From Thermoproteota archaeon (GTDB lineage: Archaea; Korarchaeota; Korarchaeia; Korarchaeales; Korarchaeaceae), in assembly GCA_027492205.1 (NCBI GenBank), contig JAOZFN010000007.1, forward strand, positions 123,278 through 187,277: a DNA stretch of 64,000 nucleotides, written 5' to 3'. The position numbers and the translations under genes were made by a program. The notes below the pieces were generated by a model. That model saw only the letters and a program-made list of their open reading frames with translations, made no database searches and had not been told where the DNA came from. Of the stretch, positions 9,474 to 17,672 are shown piece by piece. How positions within the stretch are numbered: the stretch's first letter is position 1; each line of letters starts with the position of its first letter.

Positions 9474-10208
9474 ATGGCCGCCGACGGGCTGAGCCTAGAA
9501 ATCCCGGAAGTGGATCGGGCGGAGGGCATCGACCTCATCGAGTATCTGCTGTCGCCAGTCAAGGATCCGTGGAGCGTCTTCAGAAAGGCCACGAGGCGGC
9601 CCAGCCTGAGGCTGTTCCTGCTGGCGGCCCTGATAGTGTCCGCCATGGGATCTGCCGGCGGCGTCATCGTGGCCTCCAGGACTGAGTACAGGTTCGTCAA
9701 CCTCCCTGAGGGCGTCGACCCGGCGCAGATCCAGGCCGCAGCGAGGGTGTTCAGCGGACCGGCCTTCGTGGGCGCGACGTCGTTCGTCTCTGGGATGGTG
9801 GTCGCCCTCCTGGCGGGCGGACTCGCCCACGTCGTCGCGAGGCTGGCCGGAGGAGAACCCGTGAACCTATCCACCACGCTGACCTGCTTTGGGGCGGTGT
9901 ACCTGACGGAGGGCGTGAAGTCACTGATAGACGTGGTCGGCCTGCTTCAGACCCTGCCCGAGAGGATCGTCATCACGATAGACCTCGCCAACCCCTACTC
10001 GGCGCGCGCGGGCGACGTAGCGAAGCAGTTTCAGGCCACGCCCGTGTCGCTCGCCATGTCGGGTCTGGTGGCTGTGTGGCAGTGGTTCCTCCTCACAGAG
10101 CTGATGAGGACGGTATTTGGCCTGGGCCGGGGCAAGTCGGCGGCCGCCGCCGCGGTTCTGGTCCTGCTGAAGTTCATCCCGCTGTTCGCTGGCCTCGCGC
10201 TGTGGTGA
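9474..10208 (+). CDS. Yip1-family membrane protein
   Basis: LLSPVKDPWSVF start, LAHVVARLAGG, five hydrophobic helices and GLGRGKSAAA near the end fit the Yip1 pattern. Confidence 0.7.
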   Translation: MAADGLSLEIPEVDRAEGIDLIEYLLSPVKDPWSVFRKATRRPSLRLFLLAALIVSAMGSAGGVIVASRTEYRFVNLPEGVDPAQIQAAARVFSGPAFVGATSFVSGMVVALLAGGLAHVVARLAGGEPVNLSTTLTCFGAVYLTEGVKSLIDVVGLLQTLPERIVITIDLANPYSARAGDVAKQFQATPVSLAMSGLVAVWQWFLLTELMRTVFGLGRGKSAAAAAVLVLLKFIPLFAGLALW

Positions 10209-10226
10209 CACGCTGGGGGATCTCAA

Positions 10227-12494
10227 TTGACGGATCTAGTGGAGGCGGTGGCCGAGGGACTGGCGAGGGAGGCCCTGGAGAGCGGCGAGCGGAGGCTCCT
10301 CCTGGTATCGTGCGAGGACAGGCTGGGGGCCCTGGCCAAGGTGGCCAGGGTCTACAGGAGGGTCGCGGGTGAGGGGGTCAGCGCCCTCTACTCCAACGTC
10401 TGGGTCGGTGAGGAGGTCCTGGGGAGCCGGAGGCTGTCGAGCCAGATCCCGAGAGACGTTCGCCTGACTTCCCTGGACTTCGACCGCAGCGAGGAGGCCA
10501 TGGGGGGGACCTGGGACATTCTCCTCACGGACTTCTCCGTGCAGATGAGGGCAAACGACATAGGGAGGCTGGTCGAGACCGTGAGAGGAGGCGGCCTAGT
10601 CGTCATGGCCATCCCGCCCGTGGAGGAGTGGCTGAGGACCCTCACGGACTTTCAGAGGCGGCTAGCCTCGCCGCCGTACCGAGAGTCCGACGTGAGGGCC
10701 GAGTTCAAGAAGCGGCTCCTCAAGACCGTGAAGAGCGCCGAGGGCGCCAGGTTCGTGGATCTCGAGTCTGGCGACGTTACAGGCGCCCCGAGAGTGGTTC
10801 AGAGGAGGGAGCGTCAGCCCCCCCAGGTGGACGACCCCCTGATGAGCCTGGCCCTGACCCCTGAGCAGGTGCGGGTGGTGGAGGCCATCGACAGGCTGTC
10901 TCGGGCCCCCAACAAGTCCGCCCTGCTCGTAGTGGCCAACAGGGGCCGGGGCAAGTCGGCCGCCCTGGGACTGGGAATAGCCCACCTGATGGGGAGGAGG
11001 GGCGTCAGGGGTGTGGCGGTTACGGCCCCGGCGGTAGCGGGAGTTCAGACCCTCTTCAGGTTCGTCTCCAGGGGGCTCGAGGCGCTGGGGATACGCGGAA
11101 GGGCCGTCGTGAAGGACGGGAGGACGATAGCCGTCACGGCCAAGGGGAGGTCCGCGTTCTACCTGACCCCGATGAGCCTCGTCGACTCCAACGTCAAGGT
11201 GAAGGTCGTCGACGAGGCCGCCGGGATCCCGACGCACCTGCTGTTCAAGGTGCTGGGATCGAGCAGGCTGGCCATCTTCTCCAGCACGATTCACGGGTAC
11301 GAGGGCGCCGGGAGGGGGTTCTCCCAGCGATTCATGGCCAGGCTCGGGGCCGCGAGCGGGGTGGTGGAGAGGGTGGAGATGCGGACCCCGATACGGTACC
11401 CCGAGGGCGACCCAGTCGAGAGGTGGCTCTACGACTTCCTGCTGCTCGACGCGGAGCCTGGAGACCCGCCCGAAGGCGCCTCCCCGGAGGCCGGGGAGTA
11501 CGTGAAGGTGGACCTGTCCGCCAGCGACGAGGGGTTCCTCAAGAAGTTCTACGGGATCTACGTCCTGGCCCACTACAGGAACAGACCCAACGACCTCGCC
11601 ACGCTCCTGGACGCGCCCCACCACTCCGCGCGGGCCCTGCTGATCGAAGGGGAGCCAGTGGTCTCGGTCCAAATCTGCGAGGAGGGCAGGCTCACCCGGA
11701 GATACATCGAGGGCATCCTGAAGAGGACGGAGAACCCGCCGGGGCACATGATACCGTCGAGGCTGCTGGCGCACTACGGGCACAAGGGGTTCCCCAAGCT
11801 CTGGGGCTGGAGGATCGTTCGCATAGCGACTCACCCGGCGCTCCAGCGCCGGGGCCTCGGCACGAGGGTCCTGCAGGAGATAGTGAGAGAGGCGCGGGCG
11901 GCCGGGGTTGACTGGGTGGGCGCCGGCTTCGGGGCGAGCGAGGATCTCCTCAGGTTCTGGGTCAGGGCCGGCTTCCTGCCGGTTCACATAAGCCCCCAGA
12001 GGAACCCGGTCTCCGGAGAGTACAGCGTCTTCGTCGTCCTCCCTCTCAGCAGGCAGGCCGAGGACATGTTGAGGGAGATAGTTGGAGAGTTCAAGAGGAG
12101 GCTGATCGACTCCCTGCACGACGTCTACTTCGACCTATCTCCTCGCGTGGGCAGGATGCTCCTCTCGCCGCGTTGGGGGGAGGCCAGGCCCAGGCTCAGG
12201 TTCAGCCAGAAACTGAGGCTGAAGGACTACCTGACGGGCTACAACACCTACGAGATGGCCTCAGACGCGGTTTGGGAGATCGCCAGGGCTTACTTCCTCT
12301 CTCCCCCCGACGAGAGGCCGCTCACGGAAGAGGAGGAGGTCGCGCTGCTCGCGCGAACCCTGCAGGGCCGTGGTTGGGGCATGGTCGCCGGACTCCTGAA
12401 GGTTAAGAAGGTCGTCGAAGTTATGGACATCCTCAGGGGGGCCGTTAAGAAGCTGGTGATGCTCTATGGGGAGAAAGAAATCGCTGAGGTTTGA
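10227..12494 (+). CDS. tmcA: RNA cytidine N4-acetyltransferase TmcA/Nat10
   Basis: VETVRGGG, ANRGRGKSA, DEAAGIP, STIHGYEGAGRGF, PIRY, AHYRNRPNDL and GNAT motif RIATHPALQRRGLG. Confidence 0.95.
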   Translation: MTDLVEAVAEGLAREALESGERRLLLVSCEDRLGALAKVARVYRRVAGEGVSALYSNVWVGEEVLGSRRLSSQIPRDVRLTSLDFDRSEEAMGGTWDILLTDFSVQMRANDIGRLVETVRGGGLVVMAIPPVEEWLRTLTDFQRRLASPPYRESDVRAEFKKRLLKTVKSAEGARFVDLESGDVTGAPRVVQRRERQPPQVDDPLMSLALTPEQVRVVEAIDRLSRAPNKSALLVVANRGRGKSAALGLGIAHLMGRRGVRGVAVTAPAVAGVQTLFRFVSRGLEALGIRGRAVVKDGRTIAVTAKGRSAFYLTPMSLVDSNVKVKVVDEAAGIPTHLLFKVLGSSRLAIFSSTIHGYEGAGRGFSQRFMARLGAASGVVERVEMRTPIRYPEGDPVERWLYDFLLLDAEPGDPPEGASPEAGEYVKVDLSASDEGFLKKFYGIYVLAHYRNRPNDLATLLDAPHHSARALLIEGEPVVSVQICEEGRLTRRYIEGILKRTENPPGHMIPSRLLAHYGHKGFPKLWGWRIVRIATHPALQRRGLGTRVLQEIVREARAAGVDWVGAGFGASEDLLRFWVRAGFLPVHISPQRNPVSGEYSVFVVLPLSRQAEDMLREIVGEFKRRLIDSLHDVYFDLSPRVGRMLLSPRWGEARPRLRFSQKLRLKDYLTGYNTYEMASDAVWEIARAYFLSPPDERPLTEEEEVALLARTLQGRGWGMVAGLLKVKKVVEVMDILRGAVKKLVMLYGEKEIAEV

Positions 12495-12819
12495 CAGGAG
12501 GTACGTGGACAGCATACTCAGGGGAGAGAAGGTCACCACGATCAGGAGGACGACGAGGCTCAAGCCGGGGGACGTGGTGGACTTGGTGGCCGGGGAAGAG
12601 GTGTTCGGCGAGGCCCTCGTGAAGGACGTGAGGAAGGTGAGCCTCTCTGGGCTCACGGACGAGGAAGCCCGGCGGGACGGGTTCGAGTCCAAGGAGGGGC
12701 TGGTGAAGGCCCTGAAGAGGTACTACGGCAGGAGAGTGCTCGAGGATGATCAGCTCTGGATGATCGAATTTCAGCTCTTAGAGGGCAGCGACAAAGACGT
12801 CGAAGGAGAAAGAGGGTGA
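12466..12819 (+). CDS. ASCH domain protein (YqfB-like)
   Basis: ILRGEKVTTIR (GxKxxTxR), LKPGD, LTDEEARRDGF, terminal MIEF. Overlaps tmcA by 29 nt. Confidence 0.9.
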   Translation: MGRKKSLRFDRRYVDSILRGEKVTTIRRTTRLKPGDVVDLVAGEEVFGEALVKDVRKVSLSGLTDEEARRDGFESKEGLVKALKRYYGRRVLEDDQLWMIEFQLLEGSDKDVEGERG

Positions 12820-12829
12820 AGCAGGCGGA

Positions 12830-12898
12830 GGGGGCCTCAGGAGGGATCCAGGATCCTCATCAATCGGCGGGCCTAGCGAACTTCCTTCATCGGCCCCC
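12830..12898 (-). ncRNA. Box C/D guide sRNA
   Basis: Perfect 7-bp stem GGGGGCC/GGCCCCC enclosing C (CCGAUGA), D' (CCGA), C' (UUGAUGA) and D (CUGA) in the correct order. Confidence 0.8.
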
Positions 12899-12955
12899 CT
12901 GAGGGGGGTCCAAGCCTCCAAAAGCGTTTGCGCCACTGAACGCACTCTGGGGCGA

Positions 12956-14173
12956 TCACTCCACTATAACGGCCAGAGCCTGACCAGGCCAGTCTTCGGG
13001 TATGTAGCCCCACTCGGCTATTTGAATCAGGCCGGTGCTCGCCAGCTCCGCGAAGTCGGGCTTCAAGAGGAGGTTCTTCCTGACGGTCAGCGTCACGAGG
13101 CTGGAGCCAACCATCGTCCTATCCTCGGCCAGATCACGAACCCTCGATGTCAGAGCGTCGCCCCACCCCCTGGGCTCTAGTGGAACGGCGCGTCCCCCGA
13201 ACAGCCGCCTGAGCTTTGACCCCAGTCCAGGCTCCGTGAGCTTTGAGGGGGGTAACAGCTCGAGCCTCGTCTTCTTCCCCTCTCCGAAGATCACGACCCC
13301 GAGTGGAATCTTAACCCGTGAGCACGACTCAAAATCTTCCTCCCTCAGCGCAGTCAGTAGGCTTCTGGACTTTACCTCGCTCTCTAGCTCCCTCTTAAGG
13401 GTCTCCAGAGCCTCTATCGGCTGACCATACTTCGCGTCTATCCCTCGAAGTTCCTTGGACCTTTCCTCCTCCAGCTGCGCCCTTCTGGTCTCGAACCCCT
13501 CGCCCTCTAGGTGAAGTCGGGCCTCAGAGATTCTCGCAGCGTGGGCCCTTGAGATGGCGGCCCTCTCTGACTCCGCTAGGGACCTGATCGAGTTGGTTAG
13601 GGCCTCCAGCTTATTCAGATAACTCTCAAGGATCTCAACATCTCTTTTGGACCTCACGCCGATCTCTTTTAGGGCCGAATAGGAGCTGGCTGCCTTCTCT
13701 TGCGTTAGTGAAGGTGGCAAAGTGCCGCCAGGAAGTCCCGAATCTTCTACCGCTTCAGAGAGGGCCCATCTAATTAGCCGGGGGTCTACCAACCCGGAGA
13801 GTTCAACGTCTCGCCTTGCAGATCTTATGCTGGAGTAGGCAAACTCAGCCGACCTCGTCAGCCGCTCAAGATCTAGTATGGAGGGCCTATCCAAGAAGGT
13901 AAGGGCCGAAGACAGTGCGTCGCGATCCGTTAGGCCGAGCCGGAGGGAGAGTAATCCAGATGGGTCCCAAAAAGTGCACCTGCCGTCTACCCTCATCGGT
14001 TCCAGGGTGAATTCCGCCACACCAAGCCCGTCGGGCTTCTCAGTTTTGGACCACGGAAACCTGCCTCTCTTGGCCTTGCTCCAGGCGAATAGGGTGATGG
14101 CCCCGGCCTCCAGCTCGGGTGACGGTGGAGCATTTGGAGCCGCGATGAGAGGGACCCTCAAGCGGCGCGACAC
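12956..14173 (-). CDS. Hypothetical protein with central coiled coil
   Basis: 405-aa ORF filling the gap, with a heptad-rich middle and no catalytic motif recognised. Confidence 0.7.
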   Translation of the reverse strand: MSRRLRVPLIAAPNAPPSPELEAGAITLFAWSKAKRGRFPWSKTEKPDGLGVAEFTLEPMRVDGRCTFWDPSGLLSLRLGLTDRDALSSALTFLDRPSILDLERLTRSAEFAYSSIRSARRDVELSGLVDPRLIRWALSEAVEDSGLPGGTLPPSLTQEKAASSYSALKEIGVRSKRDVEILESYLNKLEALTNSIRSLAESERAAISRAHAARISEARLHLEGEGFETRRAQLEEERSKELRGIDAKYGQPIEALETLKRELESEVKSRSLLTALREEDFESCSRVKIPLGVVIFGEGKKTRLELLPPSKLTEPGLGSKLRRLFGGRAVPLEPRGWGDALTSRVRDLAEDRTMVGSSLVTLTVRKNLLLKPDFAELASTGLIQIAEWGYIPEDWPGQALAVIVE

Positions 14174-14330
14174 CGGATGTCTGGGCGTGAAGAGATGAGA
14201 TTAACCTAACTTTTCAGAGAGAACTCCTCAAGTAGCTTTTGGCAGCCGAAAGACCGGCTAAGTTAGAGTAGTTGAGCGAGAACTCGAGGGACAGTTTCCT
14301 GTGGGCTAAAACCAAGCGTAGGAGGACTCT

Positions 14331-14402
14331 GTTGATTATTATGTCAATCTTTTTAATGAAAACTCTGTGCCCAACTCATTGCGGGCGCGGCCCGCAGGGT
14401 GA
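14331..14402 (+). promoter_or_regulatory. gdhA promoter: TTGA-N8-TCAA inverted repeat, TATA-like box, 5' UTR hairpin, Shine-Dalgarno
   Basis: TTGA 14332-14335 and TCAA 14344-14347, TTTTTAAT 14350-14357, TGCGGGC-GCG-GCCCGCA 14380-14396, GGGTGA 14397-14402. Confidence 0.55.
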
Positions 14403-14407
14403 CCACT

Positions 14408-15730
14408 ATGGGGACCGTGATTCCGTCTGCTGAGGAGATGTTCCGGATTACGGGAGGGGCCGCCCCCTCGGAGATGAACCCCTGGTTCAACTTCCTGAAG
14501 CTGCTGGAGAGGTCCGCGAAGGTCATGGGTCTCGACACGGGCTACTACAAGATACTCGCCACCCCGAAGAGGGTCCTCGAGGTTCAGCTGCCCGTCAAGA
14601 TGGACGACGGCAGCGTTGAGGTCTTCGTCGGGTGGAGGGTCCAGCACAACGACGCCAGGGGTCCGTGCAAGGGAGGCATCAGGTACCACCCCGCCGTCAA
14701 TGAGGACGAGGTCAAGGCCCTCGCCGCCTGGATGAGCATCAAGACCGCCGTGGTCGACATCCCCTACGGCGGGGCCAAGGGCGGCATCAGGGTTGACCCG
14801 CACAAGCTTAGCCTCAACGAGCTCGAGAGGCTCACCAGGAGGTTCGCCTGGGCGATCGCCCCCATCATAGGCGTCGACAGGGACATCCCCGCCCCCGACG
14901 TCTACACCGGCCCGAGGGAGATGGCCTGGATCTACGACACCTACAGCCAGATCGTCGGCTACCCCGAGCCCGGCGTTATCACGGGCAAGCCGCTGGAGCT
15001 GGGCGGCAGCGAGGGCAGGGAAGAGGCGACCGCCAGGGGCCTGCAGTACACCGTCGAGGAGGCCATCAAGGTCCTGAACATCGACCCGAAGAAGGCGACC
15101 GCCGCCGTGCAGGGCTACGGCAACGCCGGCTACTTCTCGGCCAAGTTCATGCACGAACTCGGCATGAAGGTGGTGGCCGTCAGCGACAGCAGGGGCGCCA
15201 TCTACAACCCCGACGGCCTCGACCCCGACGCGGTGCTCAAGCACAAGAAGGAGACCGGCAGCGTTAAGGACTTCCCTGGGGCCACCAACATCGATCCCGA
15301 CCCGAGAGTCGGCAACGCCAAGCTCCTGGAGCTCGACGTCGACGTGCTCATCCCCGCCGCCATTGAGAACGTGATCACCAAGGAGAACGTGGACAGGATC
15401 AAGGCCAAGATCGTGGCCGAGGCTGCCAACGGGCCCACCACGCCGGAGGCCGACCTCGTGCTCCACGAGAAGGGCATCCTCGTCATACCCGACGTGCTGG
15501 CCAACGCCGGCGGCGTGACCGTCAGCTACTTCGAGTGGGTGCAGGCCAGGACCAGGGAGTGGTGGGACATCGAGACCGTCAGGCAGAAGCTCAGGGCCAG
15601 GATGACCAAGTCCTTCAGGGACATCTACAACCTCCACAGGGAGAAGAACATCGACATGAGGACCGCCGCCTACTGGCTGGCCATCGACAGGATCGTGGCT
15701 GCCATGAGGCTCCGCGGCATCTGGCCGTGA
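14408..15730 (+). CDS. gdhA: Glutamate dehydrogenase (Glu/Leu/Phe/Val dehydrogenase family)
   Basis: RGPCKGGIRYHP, GGAKGG, DIPAPD, GVITGKP, QGYGNAG, EAANGP, NAGGVTVSYFEW. Strong codon bias. Confidence 0.95.
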   Translation: MGTVIPSAEEMFRITGGAAPSEMNPWFNFLKLLERSAKVMGLDTGYYKILATPKRVLEVQLPVKMDDGSVEVFVGWRVQHNDARGPCKGGIRYHPAVNEDEVKALAAWMSIKTAVVDIPYGGAKGGIRVDPHKLSLNELERLTRRFAWAIAPIIGVDRDIPAPDVYTGPREMAWIYDTYSQIVGYPEPGVITGKPLELGGSEGREEATARGLQYTVEEAIKVLNIDPKKATAAVQGYGNAGYFSAKFMHELGMKVVAVSDSRGAIYNPDGLDPDAVLKHKKETGSVKDFPGATNIDPDPRVGNAKLLELDVDVLIPAAIENVITKENVDRIKAKIVAEAANGPTTPEADLVLHEKGILVIPDVLANAGGVTVSYFEWVQARTREWWDIETVRQKLRARMTKSFRDIYNLHREKNIDMRTAAYWLAIDRIVAAMRLRGIWP

Positions 15731-15770
15731 GCCTCCCCCATCTTTTCCCCTCCCCTCTTTCTCCTCGTCT
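15731..15770 (+). terminator. Pyrimidine-rich putative terminator after gdhA
   Basis: cctcccccatcttttcccctcccctctttctcc directly after the stop codon. Confidence 0.45.
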
Positions 15771-15824
15771 ACCGTTGCCCTGACGCGTGATCAACTTTTT
15801 TCGGAGGAGCCCCCCAGAAGCTAG

Positions 15825-16430
15825 GTGAGCCTGGTAGATCCAAGAGAGGAGATCGCGAGGGTATCCAGGCTGCTCTACCTCAGGGGGCTCATCACCGCGG
15901 CCGGTGGAAACGTGAGCGTGAGGGCGTCGGGGGACACGTTCTGGATAACGCCCTCCGGACCCCACAAGGGCGTCCTGTCCCCCTCTGACATCGTGCTGAT
16001 GAGCACCTCCGGCGAGGTGATAGAATCCAGGGGCAGGAGACCCTCGTCGGAGTGGAGGATGCACGCAGCGGTCTATAAAGTTCGAGGGGATGTTAGGGCC
16101 GTCGTTCACATACACGGACCAATATCAACCACTCTCGGGACGCTATCCGGAGTCTTGAGACCCCTCTCGGAGGAGGGGCTCATCTATCTCGGCGGCGCCG
16201 TCAGGTGCATACCCTGGCGCAGGGCTGGGACGTGGGAGCTCGCAGAGGCCGTTGCCGACGCCCTTCGAGACGCTGATGTCGTGATAATCGAGCGCCACGG
16301 GTCCGTGGCCCTGGGCCCGACGCTCAACATCGCAGCCGCAAGGGCTGAGGCCCTCGAGGAGGCCGCAGAACTCTACGCCTGGGCCGTGGGATCACCACGG
16401 AGGGATTGGAGGTCAGTTCTCTGGCTCTAG
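15825..16430 (+). CDS. Class II aldolase/adducin family protein (FucA-like)
   Basis: GNVSVR, ITPSG, PSSEWRMH, AVVHIH, RHG. Confidence 0.9.
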   Translation: MSLVDPREEIARVSRLLYLRGLITAAGGNVSVRASGDTFWITPSGPHKGVLSPSDIVLMSTSGEVIESRGRRPSSEWRMHAAVYKVRGDVRAVVHIHGPISTTLGTLSGVLRPLSEEGLIYLGGAVRCIPWRRAGTWELAEAVADALRDADVVIIERHGSVALGPTLNIAAARAEALEEAAELYAWAVGSPRRDWRSVLWL

Positions 16431-17057
16431 AACGACCACCTCGCAGCCCTCTACGAGTTCCGCAAAGCGTCTAGCGTCCATCTCTGAACCCACGATGGAG
16501 CCGTAGTGCATCGGGATGACCACCCTGGGCCTGAGCGCCGCGGCCGCCCTTGCGGCCTCCTCTGCGTCCATGACGTAGGTGCCGCTCACCGGGAGCAGCG
16601 CAACGTCGACCTCCAAGTCGGCCATCTCTGGAATGAAGTCAGTGTCCCCGGCGTGATAGATCCTGACCCCGTCGAGCTCGAAGACGTATCCGACGTATCC
16701 CTTGTCCCTTGGGTGGAACTTTCTCCTCTCGGGGCGAACGTTGTATGCCGGAACGGCCCGCACCTTCACGCCCGCGACTTCGACCTCTCGTCCGGGAGAG
16801 ACCTCGATCTTTTCTCCCGGAACAGATTCGAGCTTTTTCAGGCATGATGACGTTCCTAATATTCTGGTGCCTGTGTGGGCGACCCTGGCCGCATCGTCGG
16901 GGGAGCAGTGGTCGAAGTGGTCGTGTGTGATCAGGATCAGGTCGGCCTCCTCTCCCCCCGCGATCTCGTAAGGATCAACGTATATTACCACCGAATCCCG
17001 GACTCGAAAGGCCGCGTGGCCGAGCCAATAGATCTTGACGGGACCGATCTCGAGCAT
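16413..17057 (-). CDS. Metallo-beta-lactamase fold hydrolase (COG2220-like)
   Basis: WLGHA, THDHFDH, YHAGDT, IPMHY. ATG at 17057 preferred. Confidence 0.9.
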   Translation of the reverse strand: MLEIGPVKIYWLGHAAFRVRDSVVIYVDPYEIAGGEEADLILITHDHFDHCSPDDAARVAHTGTRILGTSSCLKKLESVPGEKIEVSPGREVEVAGVKVRAVPAYNVRPERRKFHPRDKGYVGYVFELDGVRIYHAGDTDFIPEMADLEVDVALLPVSGTYVMDAEEAARAAAALRPRVVIPMHYGSIVGSEMDARRFAELVEGCEVVVLEPEN

Positions 17058-17103
17058 GGTCCCCACATGTGGGTCTGGAGTGCGGGCCCTAATCAACCTT
17101 TAG

Positions 17104-17173
17104 GGGGCGGTCCCCTGAAGCCCAGGCAGCTCATTCGGAGCCTCGCCGCCGGGAGCACTGGTCATCCCGCCCC
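17104..17173 (-). ncRNA. Candidate box C/D-like sRNA
   Basis: 7-bp stem GGGGCGG/CCGCCCC, GGGAUGA C-like box, internal GCGA and AUGA, non-canonical D box. TATATA lies 27 nt upstream (17200-17205). Confidence 0.4.
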
Positions 17174-17274
17174 AACATCACCGTCTAGTGTGACTTAGGT
17201 ATATAGTGATCCCTACGCCCCCCCTGGCTCCAACCCAATTGATCCTTGGGGAGAGTCTCCACCTAGCCTACACG

Positions 17275-17632
17275 GGAGCGTGGGGCTTCGGCGCAGACTT
17301 CACCGAGCAGGTGAAGCGTAGGGATCACTGTATACGAGGAACTCCCAGCCGACGCAGTTCGAAGTGGAGACCCCCTGTTTAGCAGGAAGGAGAACCTGAG
17401 GGCCGCCATGAGGGTCGTGGAGGTGCTGAGAGCTGTGGAAAAGGGGTATGGAAAGACGCCAGCCCAGGTTGTGATCAACTGGCTGCTGAGGGATCCTTCA
17501 GTCGTCGCGGTTGTCGGGGCTAAGAGATCAGATCAGGTCGTTCAGAACGCAGGCGCAGACTTCAAGCTCACGGAGGATGAAGCCCAGAGGATAGAGGAGG
17601 TCACCGCGAGCCTCTGCTTAGACTACTTCTGA
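17275..17632 (+). pseudogene. Aldo/keto reductase remnant
   Basis: C-terminal AKR signature YGKTPAQVVINWLL..VVAVVGAKRSDQV.QNAGA.FKLT. The frame is closed by TGA at 17312, so at most about 105 codons remain and the catalytic N-terminal part is missing. Confidence 0.75.
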
Positions 17633-17672
17633 GGTCCTCGAGGGCCCTCCTTCTTGACCCCTTTGATGGGCC

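Noticed and set aside
14339-15637. 432-aa ORF antisense to gdhA, and similar long antisense ORFs at 10662-12119, 23689-25356, 54749-56059 and 60219-61304
   Set aside because: Each mirrors a well-supported gene. Strong third-position GC bias removes antisense stop codons.
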